From an uncultured Fibrobacteraceae bacterium (GTDB taxonomy: Bacteria > Krumholzibacteriota > Krumholzibacteriia > LZORAL124-64-63): a stretch of 64,000 bases of DNA. The translations under genes and the position numbers were made by a program. Shown here one piece after another: positions 9,918 to 19,501 of this stretch (the first letter of the stretch is position 1; the number at the start of each line of letters is the position of its first letter). The notes below the pieces were generated by a model, which saw only the letters and a program-made list of their open reading frames with translations, was not told where the DNA came from and did not search any database. The DNA lies in contig CAYFKR010000017.1 in assembly GCA_964343835.1 (NCBI GenBank), positions 17,985 through 81,984 of the forward strand, written 5' to 3'.

Positions 9918-10446
9918 CCTTCGGCGCCAGAATCGGCAGGTACTCGGTCCACGGTCCCGCCGCTTCCCGATAACGCCCCGCCATGGCCCTGACGATCTGC
10001 GCGATGTGGCCCAGATCGTGGGCGACCCACGTGGCCATCAGCTGCTCCATGCTCACCGATCCGAAGGCCGGATGGACGCCGCGCAGGGCCAGGCGCTCCT
10101 CGTCCAGTCCGAGGGCGTCGAAGGCCTCGAGGTTGGCGGCGCGCAGCTCCGCGAATTCGTCCAGCAGGTCGTCCAGCGGCAGGCCGGCGCACTCGCGCTG
10201 CTGGGCGAAGCGGTCGAAGGGCTTCCAGATGTCGGCTTCGCCGTGCTCCAGGATGGAACGGGCGCGGGTGATCCAGTCGGTGCGCTCGCCGATGATCAGG
10301 TGGCCCACCACCTCGTGGGGCGTCCAGCCGTCGTCGCCGTCGGGAGCCTCGATCCAGGGGTCGGGGAGACCGCGGAGGAGGGCGTCGAGGGTGGCGGGGG
10401 TGCGGGCGAGGACGGCGCGGGCTTCGTCGGTTCTGAAGGTTGACAT
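9910..10446 (-). CDS. DinB-family protein
   Basis: Start MSTFR after AAGGAG. WTPHEVVGHL, DWITRAR and WVAHDLGHIAQI (His triad). Confidence 0.85.
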   Translation of the reverse strand: MSTFRTDEARAVLARTPATLDALLRGLPDPWIEAPDGDDGWTPHEVVGHLIIGERTDWITRARSILEHGEADIWKPFDRFAQQRECAGLPLDDLLDEFAELRAANLEAFDALGLDEERLALRGVHPAFGSVSMEQLMATWVAHDLGHIAQIVRAMAGRYREAAGPWTEYLPILAPKVR

Positions 10447-10448
10447 GC

Positions 10449-11534
10449 TCACTCCTTGCGGTCGGTCCACCACAGGCGGCCGGTCTGGTCCACGTGCAGC
10501 ACGCCGCGGCCCATCACTCTCACGGATGCGTTGAACAGGTCGCCGTCCGCGTCGATGCGCGGGATGGTCGAGAACCAGCTCGTGTCGATGCCGGTGCCGT
10601 CCGTCTCCAGGTCCAGCATGGACGACATGGAGGCGTAGCGCCCCTCGCGCCGGTGATGGTCGCGCTGCTCGTAGTAGAGCTGCATGAGGTACGCGCGGGC
10701 GTACTCCTCGCGGTCGAGTTCGGGCAGCCGGTCCGCGGGGCCGGACTCGCGGAACTCCACCACGCCCCACCGCTCGGGATAGTGCATGGCGATCAGGCCC
10801 TGGGGCGACCACACCCAGTTGTGCTCGGGGCGGTCGAGCTTCGCGTAGCGGCCGTCGCGCACGGCCAGGTCCCAGTCCACCCGCGAGAAGTTCACGCGCC
10901 AGCGGTCGCCGTCGGCGGGGGGCGTCTGCATGGGACCGGCGCACTCCGAGAGCACGTCCCAGGGGATGGCGATCTCCACGGCCCAGCCCGTGTCGCGGTC
11001 CGAGGGGTCGTTCAGCGTGCCGTCCAGGTGCACGGCGGTGCGCAGGCCGGTGATGTCCCAGGCGTCCACGGCGTGGGGGGCGCCGTCGCGATACGGCTTG
11101 ATGAGCAGCAAGTCCCACACCGTGTTCAGGGCGTTGACCTCGAGTTCGTAGTAGAGGTGGTTGTCGCCGTCGGGGTCGATGAAGACCTCGAAGTCGTCGT
11201 CGTGGTAGATCACGGCGTCGCGCTCGACGAGGGTGCCCCAGAGGTCGGGCTCCTCCATGCGGGCGGCCACGTAGAAGGCGTGGTCGTCCCAGGCCATCAT
11301 GGCGCGGGTCTCGAGGCGGACGGGGCGGCCGTCGGTGATGTCGGCGAAGGGGGCGGTGGGGGCGGCGTACTGCCAGACCGCGTCGTCCAGGCGGCCGTCG
11401 ATGGTCGGCGGGGTCGACGTTTTCACGCACGTGTAGGTCTGCGGCGCGAAGGGGATGGCCGGGCGGGGGAAGGGATCGTCGGCCGCGGCGGTCGTGGCGA
11501 GCAGCAGGGCGAGCAGGGTCGTCATCCGTCTCAT
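10449..11534 (-). CDS. Secreted CBM9-like sugar-binding domain protein
   Basis: Start MRRMTTLL (ATGA overlap), signal peptide; IDGRLDDAVW, DDDFEVFIDP, WAVEIAIPW, WRVNFSRV, MHYPERWG. Confidence 0.82.
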   Translation of the reverse strand: MRRMTTLLALLLATTAAADDPFPRPAIPFAPQTYTCVKTSTPPTIDGRLDDAVWQYAAPTAPFADITDGRPVRLETRAMMAWDDHAFYVAARMEEPDLWGTLVERDAVIYHDDDFEVFIDPDGDNHLYYELEVNALNTVWDLLLIKPYRDGAPHAVDAWDITGLRTAVHLDGTLNDPSDRDTGWAVEIAIPWDVLSECAGPMQTPPADGDRWRVNFSRVDWDLAVRDGRYAKLDRPEHNWVWSPQGLIAMHYPERWGVVEFRESGPADRLPELDREEYARAYLMQLYYEQRDHHRREGRYASMSSMLDLETDGTGIDTSWFSTIPRIDADGDLFNASVRVMGRGVLHVDQTGRLWWTDRKE

Positions 11535-13777
11535 GATCCGTCCTCCAGTTCCACGATCACCTCGTCGCAGAAGACCCAGGCGTCGCCGCCTGCGCCGGGA
11601 TGCCAGTCGGGGCATGTGCCCACCGAACGGGCCGTCAACTTCACGAAACGGGCGGTCGTTCCCGCGGCGTCGACGATCGCTTCCCAGATGGTCTTGTCCT
11701 GCACCTTGTTCGACACGTCGTGGGTGGCGGTGCCGAGGGGGCGGAAGGTGCGGCCGTCGTCGGACACGGACACCTCCACGGCGGTGGGCAGGAAGATCCA
11801 GGAGTTGGCGTCCTGCAGGAAGCCTGCGGACACGCGGCGCAGAGAGAGGGGTCGGCCCAGGTCGTGGACCAGCTCCAGGTCCTCGCGCTCGACCCCCTGC
11901 CACACGCCGTCGCGGAAGTTGGTGGATCCGCGCACGCCGTCGCTCAAGGCCAGCGGGCCGCCGGCCTCGTAGCGGGGGCTCCACGCGGGTTTGACGACGG
12001 GCTCCAGGCCCACGGCGTGGTGGCGGACCAGGCGACGCACGTGGGGGGCGCCCCAGGCCTCGCCGTCCACCACGGCCAGGGCCAGCACGTCCATGGATTC
12101 CTTCACCACCAAGGGTTCGAGGACGCGAAGACCATCCGGGTGAGGCGGCGCGTCCACGGATCCGACCACGACGTCCACGTCCGGCTCCCCGGTCTCGAAC
12201 GTCACGACGAAGGCCTCCAGGCCGGTGTCCCAGCGCACCGTCGAGGTGACCGGCATCCCCTCGGGGCCCGGCGTCACGCCCAGGGCCTCCAGCCGGGGCT
12301 TGTGATGGCGCCACCGCGCGCGGAAGTCGTCGAAGTCGCGTCGGTCGGCGGGGGACCACAGCCGCTCGGCGAGGGCGGCCAACCGCGGCCAGATCTTCGT
12401 GTCCACGATCTCTTCCGGCGCGTACTCCGTCCACATGTTGCCCTCGCCGCCCAGGATGCGGTCGGCTTCCTCGGCGGTCAGGCCCTCGGGCACGGGCTCG
12501 AACGAGTAGGTGGTGCGCAGGTCCGTGGTCTCGGGGGGATAGTCCAGATAGCAGTGGCTCGTGGGAGAGACGACGGCGTCCTGCCCCGCCTGCACCGCGG
12601 CCAGCGCCCCGTCCATGCCGCGCCACGACTGCACCGTGGCGCCCTCGGGCAGCCCGCCATCCAGGATCTCGTCCCAGCCGATCATGCGGCGTCCGCGGGA
12701 CTCGAGCCAGTCGCCCATGCGGCCCACGAACCAGCTCTGCAGTTCGTGCTCGTCGGCCAGGCCCTCGTCGCGGATGCGGGCCTGGCACTTCGGGCAGGCT
12801 TCCCAGCGCTCCTTGGGCGCCTCGTCGCCGCCGATGTGGATGAAGCGCGACGGGAACAGCTCCAGTACCTCGTCCAGGACCGTTTCCAGGAAGTCGAACA
12901 CGTCGTCGTTGCCGGCGCAGTAGATGTCGGCGTGCACGCCCCACTGGGTCTCCACCTCGAACGGGCCGCCGGTGCACGACAGGCCGGGATAGGCGGCCAG
13001 GGCGGCCACGCTGTGGCCGGGCAACTCGATCTCCGGCACCACGGTCACGTGACGCGCGGCGGCGTAGGCCACGATCTCGCGCACCTGCTCCTGCGTGTAG
13101 AAGCCGCCGTAGCGCGAGCCGTCGTGGGCGGTGCGCCACGCACCGATCTCCGTCAGCCCCGGAAACGCCTCGATCTCCAGCCGCCAGCCCTGGTCCTCGG
13201 TCAGGTGCCAGTGCAGCACGTTCATGCGGTGCAGGGCGAGGCGGTCGATGGCCTTCTTCACGTAATCCACGCTCATCATGTGGCGGCCGCAATCGAGCAG
13301 CATGCCGCGCCAGCCGAAGCGGGGTTCGTCCTCGATGTGGAGAGCGGGCAGGGTGCGGCCGTCCATCAGGAGCTGGCGCACCGTCTGCAGGCCCCACCAG
13401 GCGCCGGTGGGGGTGGAGGCGCGGATCGCCACGCCGTCGTCGCCGATGTCGAGGGCGTAGGCCTCGTCGCCCAGGGGCGGGTCGGCGAGGGTGACCACCA
13501 CGTCCAGTCGTTCGGCGAGGGGCGAGGCCATGGCCAGGCCGCATTGCTCGGCGAAGAGTCGGGCTTCGGCCAGGAAGGCGGGGTGGGCGGCGATCACGGC
13601 GTCGGCGCCGAGAGTGTACGAGCCCTCGCGGGGGGCCAGGACGGCGGGGGCGGGGATCAGGGCGATGGACGGACGATCGGCCGGAGCGCTCATCGACGGG
13701 CTCCCGTTCGGTGGCGGGGAGGTGCAGGCGGCCAGGGCCGCCAGCAGGAGGATCGTGGGTATGCGGAGTCGTTGCAT
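11531..13777 (-). CDS. Beta-N-acetylhexosaminidase (GH20) lipoprotein with C-terminal accessory domains
   Basis: Lipobox LAAC; DEPRFGWRGMLLDCGRH, HWHLTEDQGWR, catalytic HIGGDEA, GGEGNMWTE. Confidence 0.93.
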   Translation of the reverse strand: MQRLRIPTILLLAALAACTSPPPNGSPSMSAPADRPSIALIPAPAVLAPREGSYTLGADAVIAAHPAFLAEARLFAEQCGLAMASPLAERLDVVVTLADPPLGDEAYALDIGDDGVAIRASTPTGAWWGLQTVRQLLMDGRTLPALHIEDEPRFGWRGMLLDCGRHMMSVDYVKKAIDRLALHRMNVLHWHLTEDQGWRLEIEAFPGLTEIGAWRTAHDGSRYGGFYTQEQVREIVAYAAARHVTVVPEIELPGHSVAALAAYPGLSCTGGPFEVETQWGVHADIYCAGNDDVFDFLETVLDEVLELFPSRFIHIGGDEAPKERWEACPKCQARIRDEGLADEHELQSWFVGRMGDWLESRGRRMIGWDEILDGGLPEGATVQSWRGMDGALAAVQAGQDAVVSPTSHCYLDYPPETTDLRTTYSFEPVPEGLTAEEADRILGGEGNMWTEYAPEEIVDTKIWPRLAALAERLWSPADRRDFDDFRARWRHHKPRLEALGVTPGPEGMPVTSTVRWDTGLEAFVVTFETGEPDVDVVVGSVDAPPHPDGLRVLEPLVVKESMDVLALAVVDGEAWGAPHVRRLVRHHAVGLEPVVKPAWSPRYEAGGPLALSDGVRGSTNFRDGVWQGVEREDLELVHDLGRPLSLRRVSAGFLQDANSWIFLPTAVEVSVSDDGRTFRPLGTATHDVSNKVQDKTIWEAIVDAAGTTARFVKLTARSVGTCPDWHPGAGGDAWVFCDEVIVELEDGS

Positions 13778-14080
13778 GAGGGGAGCATCGCGCATCCAAA
13801 GGGCGGGGTCAAAAGGCATCCTCGGTGGATCGGCGGGGCCGGGCGGTGGTGCAAATGAGGGTCGGGGCTCCGGTGAACGTGCATTCATCCGACATGCTGA
13901 GTGAAGACATCAAATACTAACGCCCAATGATCATCGTCTCAATTGACATGATTACAGTCGATTAATGAAAATATGGGGAATTATCCCCGGTACGGCATGA
14001 ATCTGGCTTGATGTATGGTGATGCAATCCGATGTGCCAGTAGGAGGATGCCGCCCCATCCTCGATCCGAAGGAGTGAGCC

Positions 14081-14821
14081 ATGACCAGCAAGGCCATCGT
14101 TTCCCTGTTCGTCATCGCCGTGATCATCCCGTCGAGTGCAGGTGCCTTCGACATCACCTGGGGCTCGTCGTGGGACAACGTGTCCCTGCAGAGTATTCTG
14201 GACGCCGAGTTCGGCACGGGCGCCATCGACGCGGCGACGCAGTACGAAGGGTACCTTCCCGGGGATGCGGACCCTGCCTACTGGGAAGACGACTCCATCA
14301 AGGGTCTGGTCATCCGCGAGATCGCGGGGAACCACCACCGGAACAACATGGGCTGGTATGAAGAGAGTCTGACGGGCGCGCCGTTGCTCGACGGGTTCCA
14401 CGACGGCATCGTCATCGAAGGCGAGCTGGGCGTGGGCGAGAGCGCGACCCTCGACCTGCCCATGGGCGTCACCCGCTTCGGCTTCTACATGAACCCCAAC
14501 GGCCCCTACGACGCGGGTCCCAACGCCCCGGAACCCGAGCTGTTCTACACCAACCGGTTCTACAACGACCTCGGTCCCGACGGCTCCGCCGCGGCCCACG
14601 CTCCCCTCGACGGCGATCCCCAGTGCCTGATCTACAACGTCACCCACCTGCACGGCGGCACGCCGACCTTCGTGCTGGCGTGGGAGGATCTGGACTACGG
14701 CGGCGTGGTGGGCGTGGAGACGGACAACGACTTCAACGACATGGTGGTGGTGATCCAGGCCCGGTCGCCGGTCAGGAACGAGGACCTTTCCTGGGGCGCG
14801 GTGAAGTCGTTGTTCAGGTAG
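14081..14821 (+). CDS. Secreted DUF4114-like protein with C-terminal SWGAVKSLFR tail
   Basis: AAGGAG RBS; signal peptide; LAWEDL..DNDFNDMVV motif typical of DUF4114. Confidence 0.75.
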   Translation: MTSKAIVSLFVIAVIIPSSAGAFDITWGSSWDNVSLQSILDAEFGTGAIDAATQYEGYLPGDADPAYWEDDSIKGLVIREIAGNHHRNNMGWYEESLTGAPLLDGFHDGIVIEGELGVGESATLDLPMGVTRFGFYMNPNGPYDAGPNAPEPELFYTNRFYNDLGPDGSAAAHAPLDGDPQCLIYNVTHLHGGTPTFVLAWEDLDYGGVVGVETDNDFNDMVVVIQARSPVRNEDLSWGAVKSLFR

Positions 14822-14938
14822 AAGAGGCGGCTGCCCCGCCCGGCCGAAACTCCTCATGACGAGCGACCGTCGATCCTGTAGGGTTCCAGGCCCTGCAGGT
14901 CGGCGTCTCGGAATCGTTGTGCAAGGAGGGCGGCCGAC

Positions 14939-15583
14939 GTGAACACACGTATCTCGATCATCGCAATCGCATTCCTGATTCTATCTCACTCTTGCGCGGC
15001 TTCGGAAGCAGACGGCCGCATCGGCTGGTTCCAGTACGTCGGGGGAGGCCACGACCGGACCTTCGACGTTTTCGATCTGCACGGCATTAAGCCCTTCGCC
15101 GACGGTCGCGCCGAGTACGTCGTGTCGGCCTTCACGGTCCTTCCGTTCGCATTCCGGCAGGCCGACGACGGTCGATGGATCGGCGCCTACAACGCCCGGG
15201 GGCTGACCAACGCTGCGGCGATTCTTCTGTCCGGACTGCTCTCGGGGGCCGGCGAAGACGATCCCGATGCGCTCTGGTCGTCTCCCTGGACCTACCTCCT
15301 CCACGCCCACGATTTCCGTGTCCGTTTGCGGGTGGGCAGCGGCCTGGCCGTTTTCGCGGGGACACGTACCGATCTGCTGCCGTTCCGATCCGACGACATC
15401 GACAGGAGCGTGTCCTGGACACCGCATGTCGGCCTGGCTCTGCTCAAGGGGCGGCTCGGCGAGTGGGACTACTCGGGCCTGTCGATGTTCGCGGGATACC
15501 GGACGACATGGAGCCTGGAGGGTCAGGGCAGGGTGGGGGAACTCGCCTTGTCGGTTTCGCTCTGGGGACCGTCCGGCATCTGA
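14939..15583 (+). CDS. Hypothetical secreted protein, possibly outer membrane
   Basis: AAGGAGG RBS, GTG start, signal-peptide-like N-terminus, alternating-hydrophobic C-terminal strands. Confidence 0.55.
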   Translation: MNTRISIIAIAFLILSHSCAASEADGRIGWFQYVGGGHDRTFDVFDLHGIKPFADGRAEYVVSAFTVLPFAFRQADDGRWIGAYNARGLTNAAAILLSGLLSGAGEDDPDALWSSPWTYLLHAHDFRVRLRVGSGLAVFAGTRTDLLPFRSDDIDRSVSWTPHVGLALLKGRLGEWDYSGLSMFAGYRTTWSLEGQGRVGELALSVSLWGPSGI

Positions 15584-15584
15584 G

Positions 15585-17915
15585 TCACTCGGCCGTCCTG
15601 AAGGAAGTCGGCTCGACCGACGCCGGCCCGGCCCCGTCCGCAGGCTTCCCCCATTCCACCGTGAACCGGAACTCGTGGAACCCCCCGAGGTGGGCCTGGA
15701 AGTTCGTCTCCCAGTAGTTGGTCATGAGCCACGCATAGGGGTGGGCCGGGTCGTCGTCGAGGCGCGGGTCGCCCGCCAGCAGACGCTCGCCGGGGGCGAG
15801 GGGGCCGAGCTGGAGCAGGGGGCCGTCGATCATGCCTACCCGGACTTCCAGATCGGCGGAGCGCGACCACCAACCCTCCTGCAGCGCATACCAGTCGGTG
15901 AGCGTGCTCGGCACCTGGTCGACGCGGGGCCGCAGGGGCCAGCCGGCCCGGTCCAGCACGATCTCCGCCTCCGATCCGGCCGCGAACGGCAGGGCGGCGT
16001 ACCAGTTCTCCGGTTCCCAGCGTCCGGGGGCGTGGAAGCGGAGGGCGGCGTCCAGGCGCGGGCGGGTGCGCCACATCCTCAGCGACAGCTCGGCGTGGTC
16101 GCAGAACGGAGCATCCAGATCCAGCACGATCTCCGTCCAGAGTGGGCCGTCGGCGGTGAGGCGGCCACCGGTGCAGGTCGAGGCGGACGTCACGGCGTCG
16201 GGGCCGCGACGGTCCAGGCCCATGGCGCCGTGCACCGAGCCGATTCCGTTGCGCGACGGGACCGGTGTGAGCTGGTGGACCAGGGCGAAGGGGGCGTGGG
16301 GGCGGTCGGGGCGCAGCAAGGAGCGGCCGTCGACCGTCTCGAGGCGCACGACACCCGCACCGGGCTCCCAGTCCAGGCGTCCGTGTTCCATGACCATGGA
16401 GGCCGGCGCCTGCGCGTCCGGCTCGGGCCACGACTCGGCCACGCCGCCCTCGGAGTCGGGCACGATCCTCAACTCGCGCAACTCGCCGGGGCCGAGGCCC
16501 AGGTCCACGCACACGTCCACTCCCAGGGGCACAGGATCGAGCTGGTGGGGCAGGGGCGCTCCGTCGGTGTCGACCACGCGGAAGCCGCGTTCCAGACCGC
16601 GGTCGCGATACTCGTAGTGCCCGAGCGTCATCCGCGAGAGCCCACCGGCCGGCCGATCCCAGGGGTTCGCCGCACGCCAGGTCAGGCCCATGCCGTGGTC
16701 CAGGTCCCCTCCGCCGAGGCGTTCGCAGGCTTCATCGACCAGGACCTGGGCCCCGTCGCGGGCCGCGGCGGCGTAGCCCCGCTTCCGCCCGCCGATGGCG
16801 TGGACCAGATTGTGCCAAGGGCGCCCCATGGCGTCGCTGTGGGAGAAGGTGTGCTCGGCGAACAGGGCGAGGTCGTCGATCAGTGCGGCGTCGGCGGGCG
16901 GCAGGCCCTCGGGACCCATGGCCCAGAGGCGTCGACCCAGCCGCCAGTCGCGCAGGGCGGCGCGGTGCAGGCGCATGGCCCGGGCGTCGCCGGTTGGGCC
17001 GTCGGTCCACCAGTCGGGCCAGTCGCCGGTGTGGACGGGGATCTCCGGGGCGGCGGCGCGCAAGCGGTCGAAGAAGGGGGCGAGGGTGGTCATCTCCACG
17101 CGCACGTCGTGGCCGTGGGCGTCGTTCCACCATTCGACGGCGTCGAGGATCGCCTCGGACGGCGGACCGTTGTCGGTGCGCAGGCCGGAGATCATCAGGG
17201 GCGCGAAGTCGTAGGGGTAGCCGCGCTCGAGCAGCGCGTCGCGGTAGCGACGGATGCGGGTCTCGGCCACGCGGCGCCAGTCGCGGTAGATGGTGTCGGC
17301 GTCGCACTCGTCCTTGATCAGGTAGCTGCTGCAGGCGTCGGGGGCCAGGCCCATCTCGTTGCCCATGTGGTAGTGCTCGCCGTTCCACACGAGCAGGCGG
17401 CGGCCGTCGGGCATCTCCCACCAGAACGGCGTCTGCGTCTCGCCTAGAGGGTACATGCCGTGGTGGGTGTGGACGCAGGTGAACCAGTTCTCCACGCCGT
17501 GGTCGAGCATGGCGCGGGCCCAGCCGCGGCCGGTGCCGTTGATGTCGGCAGTCATGGCCGAGCTCAGCTCCGCGTCCAGGGGCGCCGCCGTTTCGCGATG
17601 ACGGTCCAGGAGGGCCTGCAGCAGGTCCTCGCTCGTGAGCTCGCTGAAGTTCAGGGGATTGGCGGACAGGCCGATGCGGCCGTCGCGGATCAGGACCGAC
17701 AGTTCCTCACGCTCGCGCTCATCGAGTTCGCTCAGGGAGCGTTCCAGCGGCCAGAACGTCTCGCACTGCCAGCGGAAATCCGGCCGACGCCCGCAGATCT
17801 CCATGGCGCGGCGGAGGAAGTGGGTGTGACGGCGGAGGATGCGTCCCTGCAGGTCCGTGTAGCCGATGTCCGTGTGAGAGTGGTGGATCAGCAGCAGGGT
17901 GAACGGTGCGGGCAT
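15585..17915 (-). CDS. GH38/GH57-like glycoside hydrolase
   Basis: HHSHTDIGYT, WQCE, GDWPDWWTDG, LFAEHTF and MTNYWETNF motifs. Confidence 0.78.
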   Translation of the reverse strand: MPAPFTLLLIHHSHTDIGYTDLQGRILRRHTHFLRRAMEICGRRPDFRWQCETFWPLERSLSELDEREREELSVLIRDGRIGLSANPLNFSELTSEDLLQALLDRHRETAAPLDAELSSAMTADINGTGRGWARAMLDHGVENWFTCVHTHHGMYPLGETQTPFWWEMPDGRRLLVWNGEHYHMGNEMGLAPDACSSYLIKDECDADTIYRDWRRVAETRIRRYRDALLERGYPYDFAPLMISGLRTDNGPPSEAILDAVEWWNDAHGHDVRVEMTTLAPFFDRLRAAAPEIPVHTGDWPDWWTDGPTGDARAMRLHRAALRDWRLGRRLWAMGPEGLPPADAALIDDLALFAEHTFSHSDAMGRPWHNLVHAIGGRKRGYAAAARDGAQVLVDEACERLGGGDLDHGMGLTWRAANPWDRPAGGLSRMTLGHYEYRDRGLERGFRVVDTDGAPLPHQLDPVPLGVDVCVDLGLGPGELRELRIVPDSEGGVAESWPEPDAQAPASMVMEHGRLDWEPGAGVVRLETVDGRSLLRPDRPHAPFALVHQLTPVPSRNGIGSVHGAMGLDRRGPDAVTSASTCTGGRLTADGPLWTEIVLDLDAPFCDHAELSLRMWRTRPRLDAALRFHAPGRWEPENWYAALPFAAGSEAEIVLDRAGWPLRPRVDQVPSTLTDWYALQEGWWSRSADLEVRVGMIDGPLLQLGPLAPGERLLAGDPRLDDDPAHPYAWLMTNYWETNFQAHLGGFHEFRFTVEWGKPADGAGPASVEPTSFRTAE

Positions 17916-18009
17916 GGTCGGGACCTCGCGAGGGGTTGAGCGCCGAGCCGCGCTGGGCTAGGGTGGCTCATCGTACGATCCCGTATCACGACTTCCAAGG
18001 ACGGTCTCC

Positions 18010-19005
18010 ATGGGTACCCGTCGCGACTTCCTGAAGACCTGCGCCCTGGGCGCGGCGGCGGCCGGTCTGCCCGCGACCCTGGGCGGCTGCGGTGACCAGG
18101 TGGAGGAGGGCCCCGGCGGCCCGATCACCGTTTCCACGTGGTGGAGCGGCCTGGCCGCCAACGACGCCGCCTGGCCCCTGCTCTCCGGCGGCGACGACCC
18201 CCTTGACGCCGTTCTGGCGGGCGTGCGCACGGCGGAGGAAGACCCGGCCAACTCGTCGGTGGGGTTCGGCGGCCGGCCGGATGCCGCCGGCCGCGTGACC
18301 CTCGACGCCTGCGTCATGCGCGGCAACGGCCGTGCCGGTTCGGTGGCGGCCCTGGAGGACGTGGTCCACGCCGCCGACGTGGCCCGGGCCGTCATGGACC
18401 ACTCGCCCCACGTGATGCTCGTCGGGGAAGGCGCCCGCTCCTTCGCCGTGGAACGCGGCTTCCCCACCCGCGACCTCCTGACCGACGACTCCCGCACCGC
18501 ATGGGAGGAATGGCGCCGCACCAGCGGCGAGTTCACCCCGGTGCCCAACGTGGAGAACGCCGCGCGCCCCGACCACGGCAACCACGACACCATCGCCCAG
18601 CTCGCCCTCGGAGCCGACGGCCGCCTGGCCGGCGCCTGCACCACCAGCGGCATGGCCTTCAAGACGCGGGGACGCGTGGGGGACTCGCCCATCATCGGCG
18701 CCGCCCTCTTCGTGGACGACCAGGTGGGCGCCTGCTGCGCCACCGGCCACGGCGAGCTGGTCATGACGACCTGCGGGTCGTTCCTGGTGGTGGAGCTGAT
18801 GCGGCAGGGGGCGTCGCCGGCGGAGGCGTGCGCGGAGGCGGTCTCGCGCATCAATCCCGAGCACTATCCCTGGCAGAGCATGCAGGTGGGATACCTGGCC
18901 CTTGACCGGCATGGTCGGGTCGGCGCCCATGCGATGGCGGGGGGATTCCAGTACGCCGTGCGCGATGCGGCCGGCAGTCGGCTCGAGGATGCGACTTACG
19001 GTTAG
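18010..19005 (+). CDS. N(4)-(beta-N-acetylglucosaminyl)-L-asparaginase (glycosylasparaginase), Tat-exported Ntn hydrolase
   Basis: Tat signal TRRDFLK with possible lipobox LGGC; SVGFGGRPD, autocleavage site HD/TI, GRVGDSPIIGA, ATGHGE. Confidence 0.9.
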   Translation: MGTRRDFLKTCALGAAAAGLPATLGGCGDQVEEGPGGPITVSTWWSGLAANDAAWPLLSGGDDPLDAVLAGVRTAEEDPANSSVGFGGRPDAAGRVTLDACVMRGNGRAGSVAALEDVVHAADVARAVMDHSPHVMLVGEGARSFAVERGFPTRDLLTDDSRTAWEEWRRTSGEFTPVPNVENAARPDHGNHDTIAQLALGADGRLAGACTTSGMAFKTRGRVGDSPIIGAALFVDDQVGACCATGHGELVMTTCGSFLVVELMRQGASPAEACAEAVSRINPEHYPWQSMQVGYLALDRHGRVGAHAMAGGFQYAVRDAAGSRLEDATYG

Positions 19006-19490
19006 TTCGCCGCCCTCCGCACCCTCCGCGCGATGAACCCCTGCACGATCCCCAGCTCCAGGTATCGCTGCCTGACGTCGTCGGGCAGCAGCCGGAAATC
19101 GGTGACCAACCCCCGGCAGTTCATCGCGCCGCATCGGCACTGCAGCGTCCAGAACTCCTCGTCCATCGTCGTGGAATAATCGAAACGGATCTCCTCGCCC
19201 CGCGCGATGTCGCGGATGGCGACGAGCCGTCGGTTCTCCGCGATGCCGGCGTTGGGGTCGCAGGAGTGGTTGGCGAACACGCCGGGGGGCTGCAGCAGGA
19301 TGTAGCTGCGCCGCCCCGTCTGCAGGAGGTTCGCGCCTTCCTCGGTGAGGTGGATCGGGTCCTCGCGGGTGTAGCGGGGGCCGTCCAGGCGCAAGATGAG
19401 TTCGCCGTCGGCGAAGGGCCGTTCGGCGAAGAGCCCCCGTCCCACCGGACAGGGCGCCACCGACACGCTGCGTCGATCGCGGGTGCTCAT
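19002..19490 (-). CDS. SET-domain methyltransferase with post-SET Cys cluster
   Basis: GRGLFA, FANHSCDPN, GEEIRFDY, CRCGAMNCRG. Confidence 0.92.
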   Translation of the reverse strand: MSTRDRRSVSVAPCPVGRGLFAERPFADGELILRLDGPRYTREDPIHLTEEGANLLQTGRRSYILLQPPGVFANHSCDPNAGIAENRRLVAIRDIARGEEIRFDYSTTMDEEFWTLQCRCGAMNCRGLVTDFRLLPDDVRQRYLELGIVQGFIARRVRRAAN

Positions 19491-19501
19491 GTCCGCCGTC
19501 C

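Noticed and set aside
10449..13799. Apparent long N-terminal extensions or fusions in the ORF track (also 5976-8108, 28640-30799, 54424-56112)
   Set aside because: The extensions are Arg/Pro/Gly-rich off-frame reads of the neighbouring gene; real starts are internal, with an RBS or ATGA coupling.
14862..14910. Imperfect hairpin (CCTGTAGGG..CCCTGCAGG) as an attC or REP site
   Set aside because: Single copy, no clear RYYYAAC/GTTRRRY ends, no integrase in the window.
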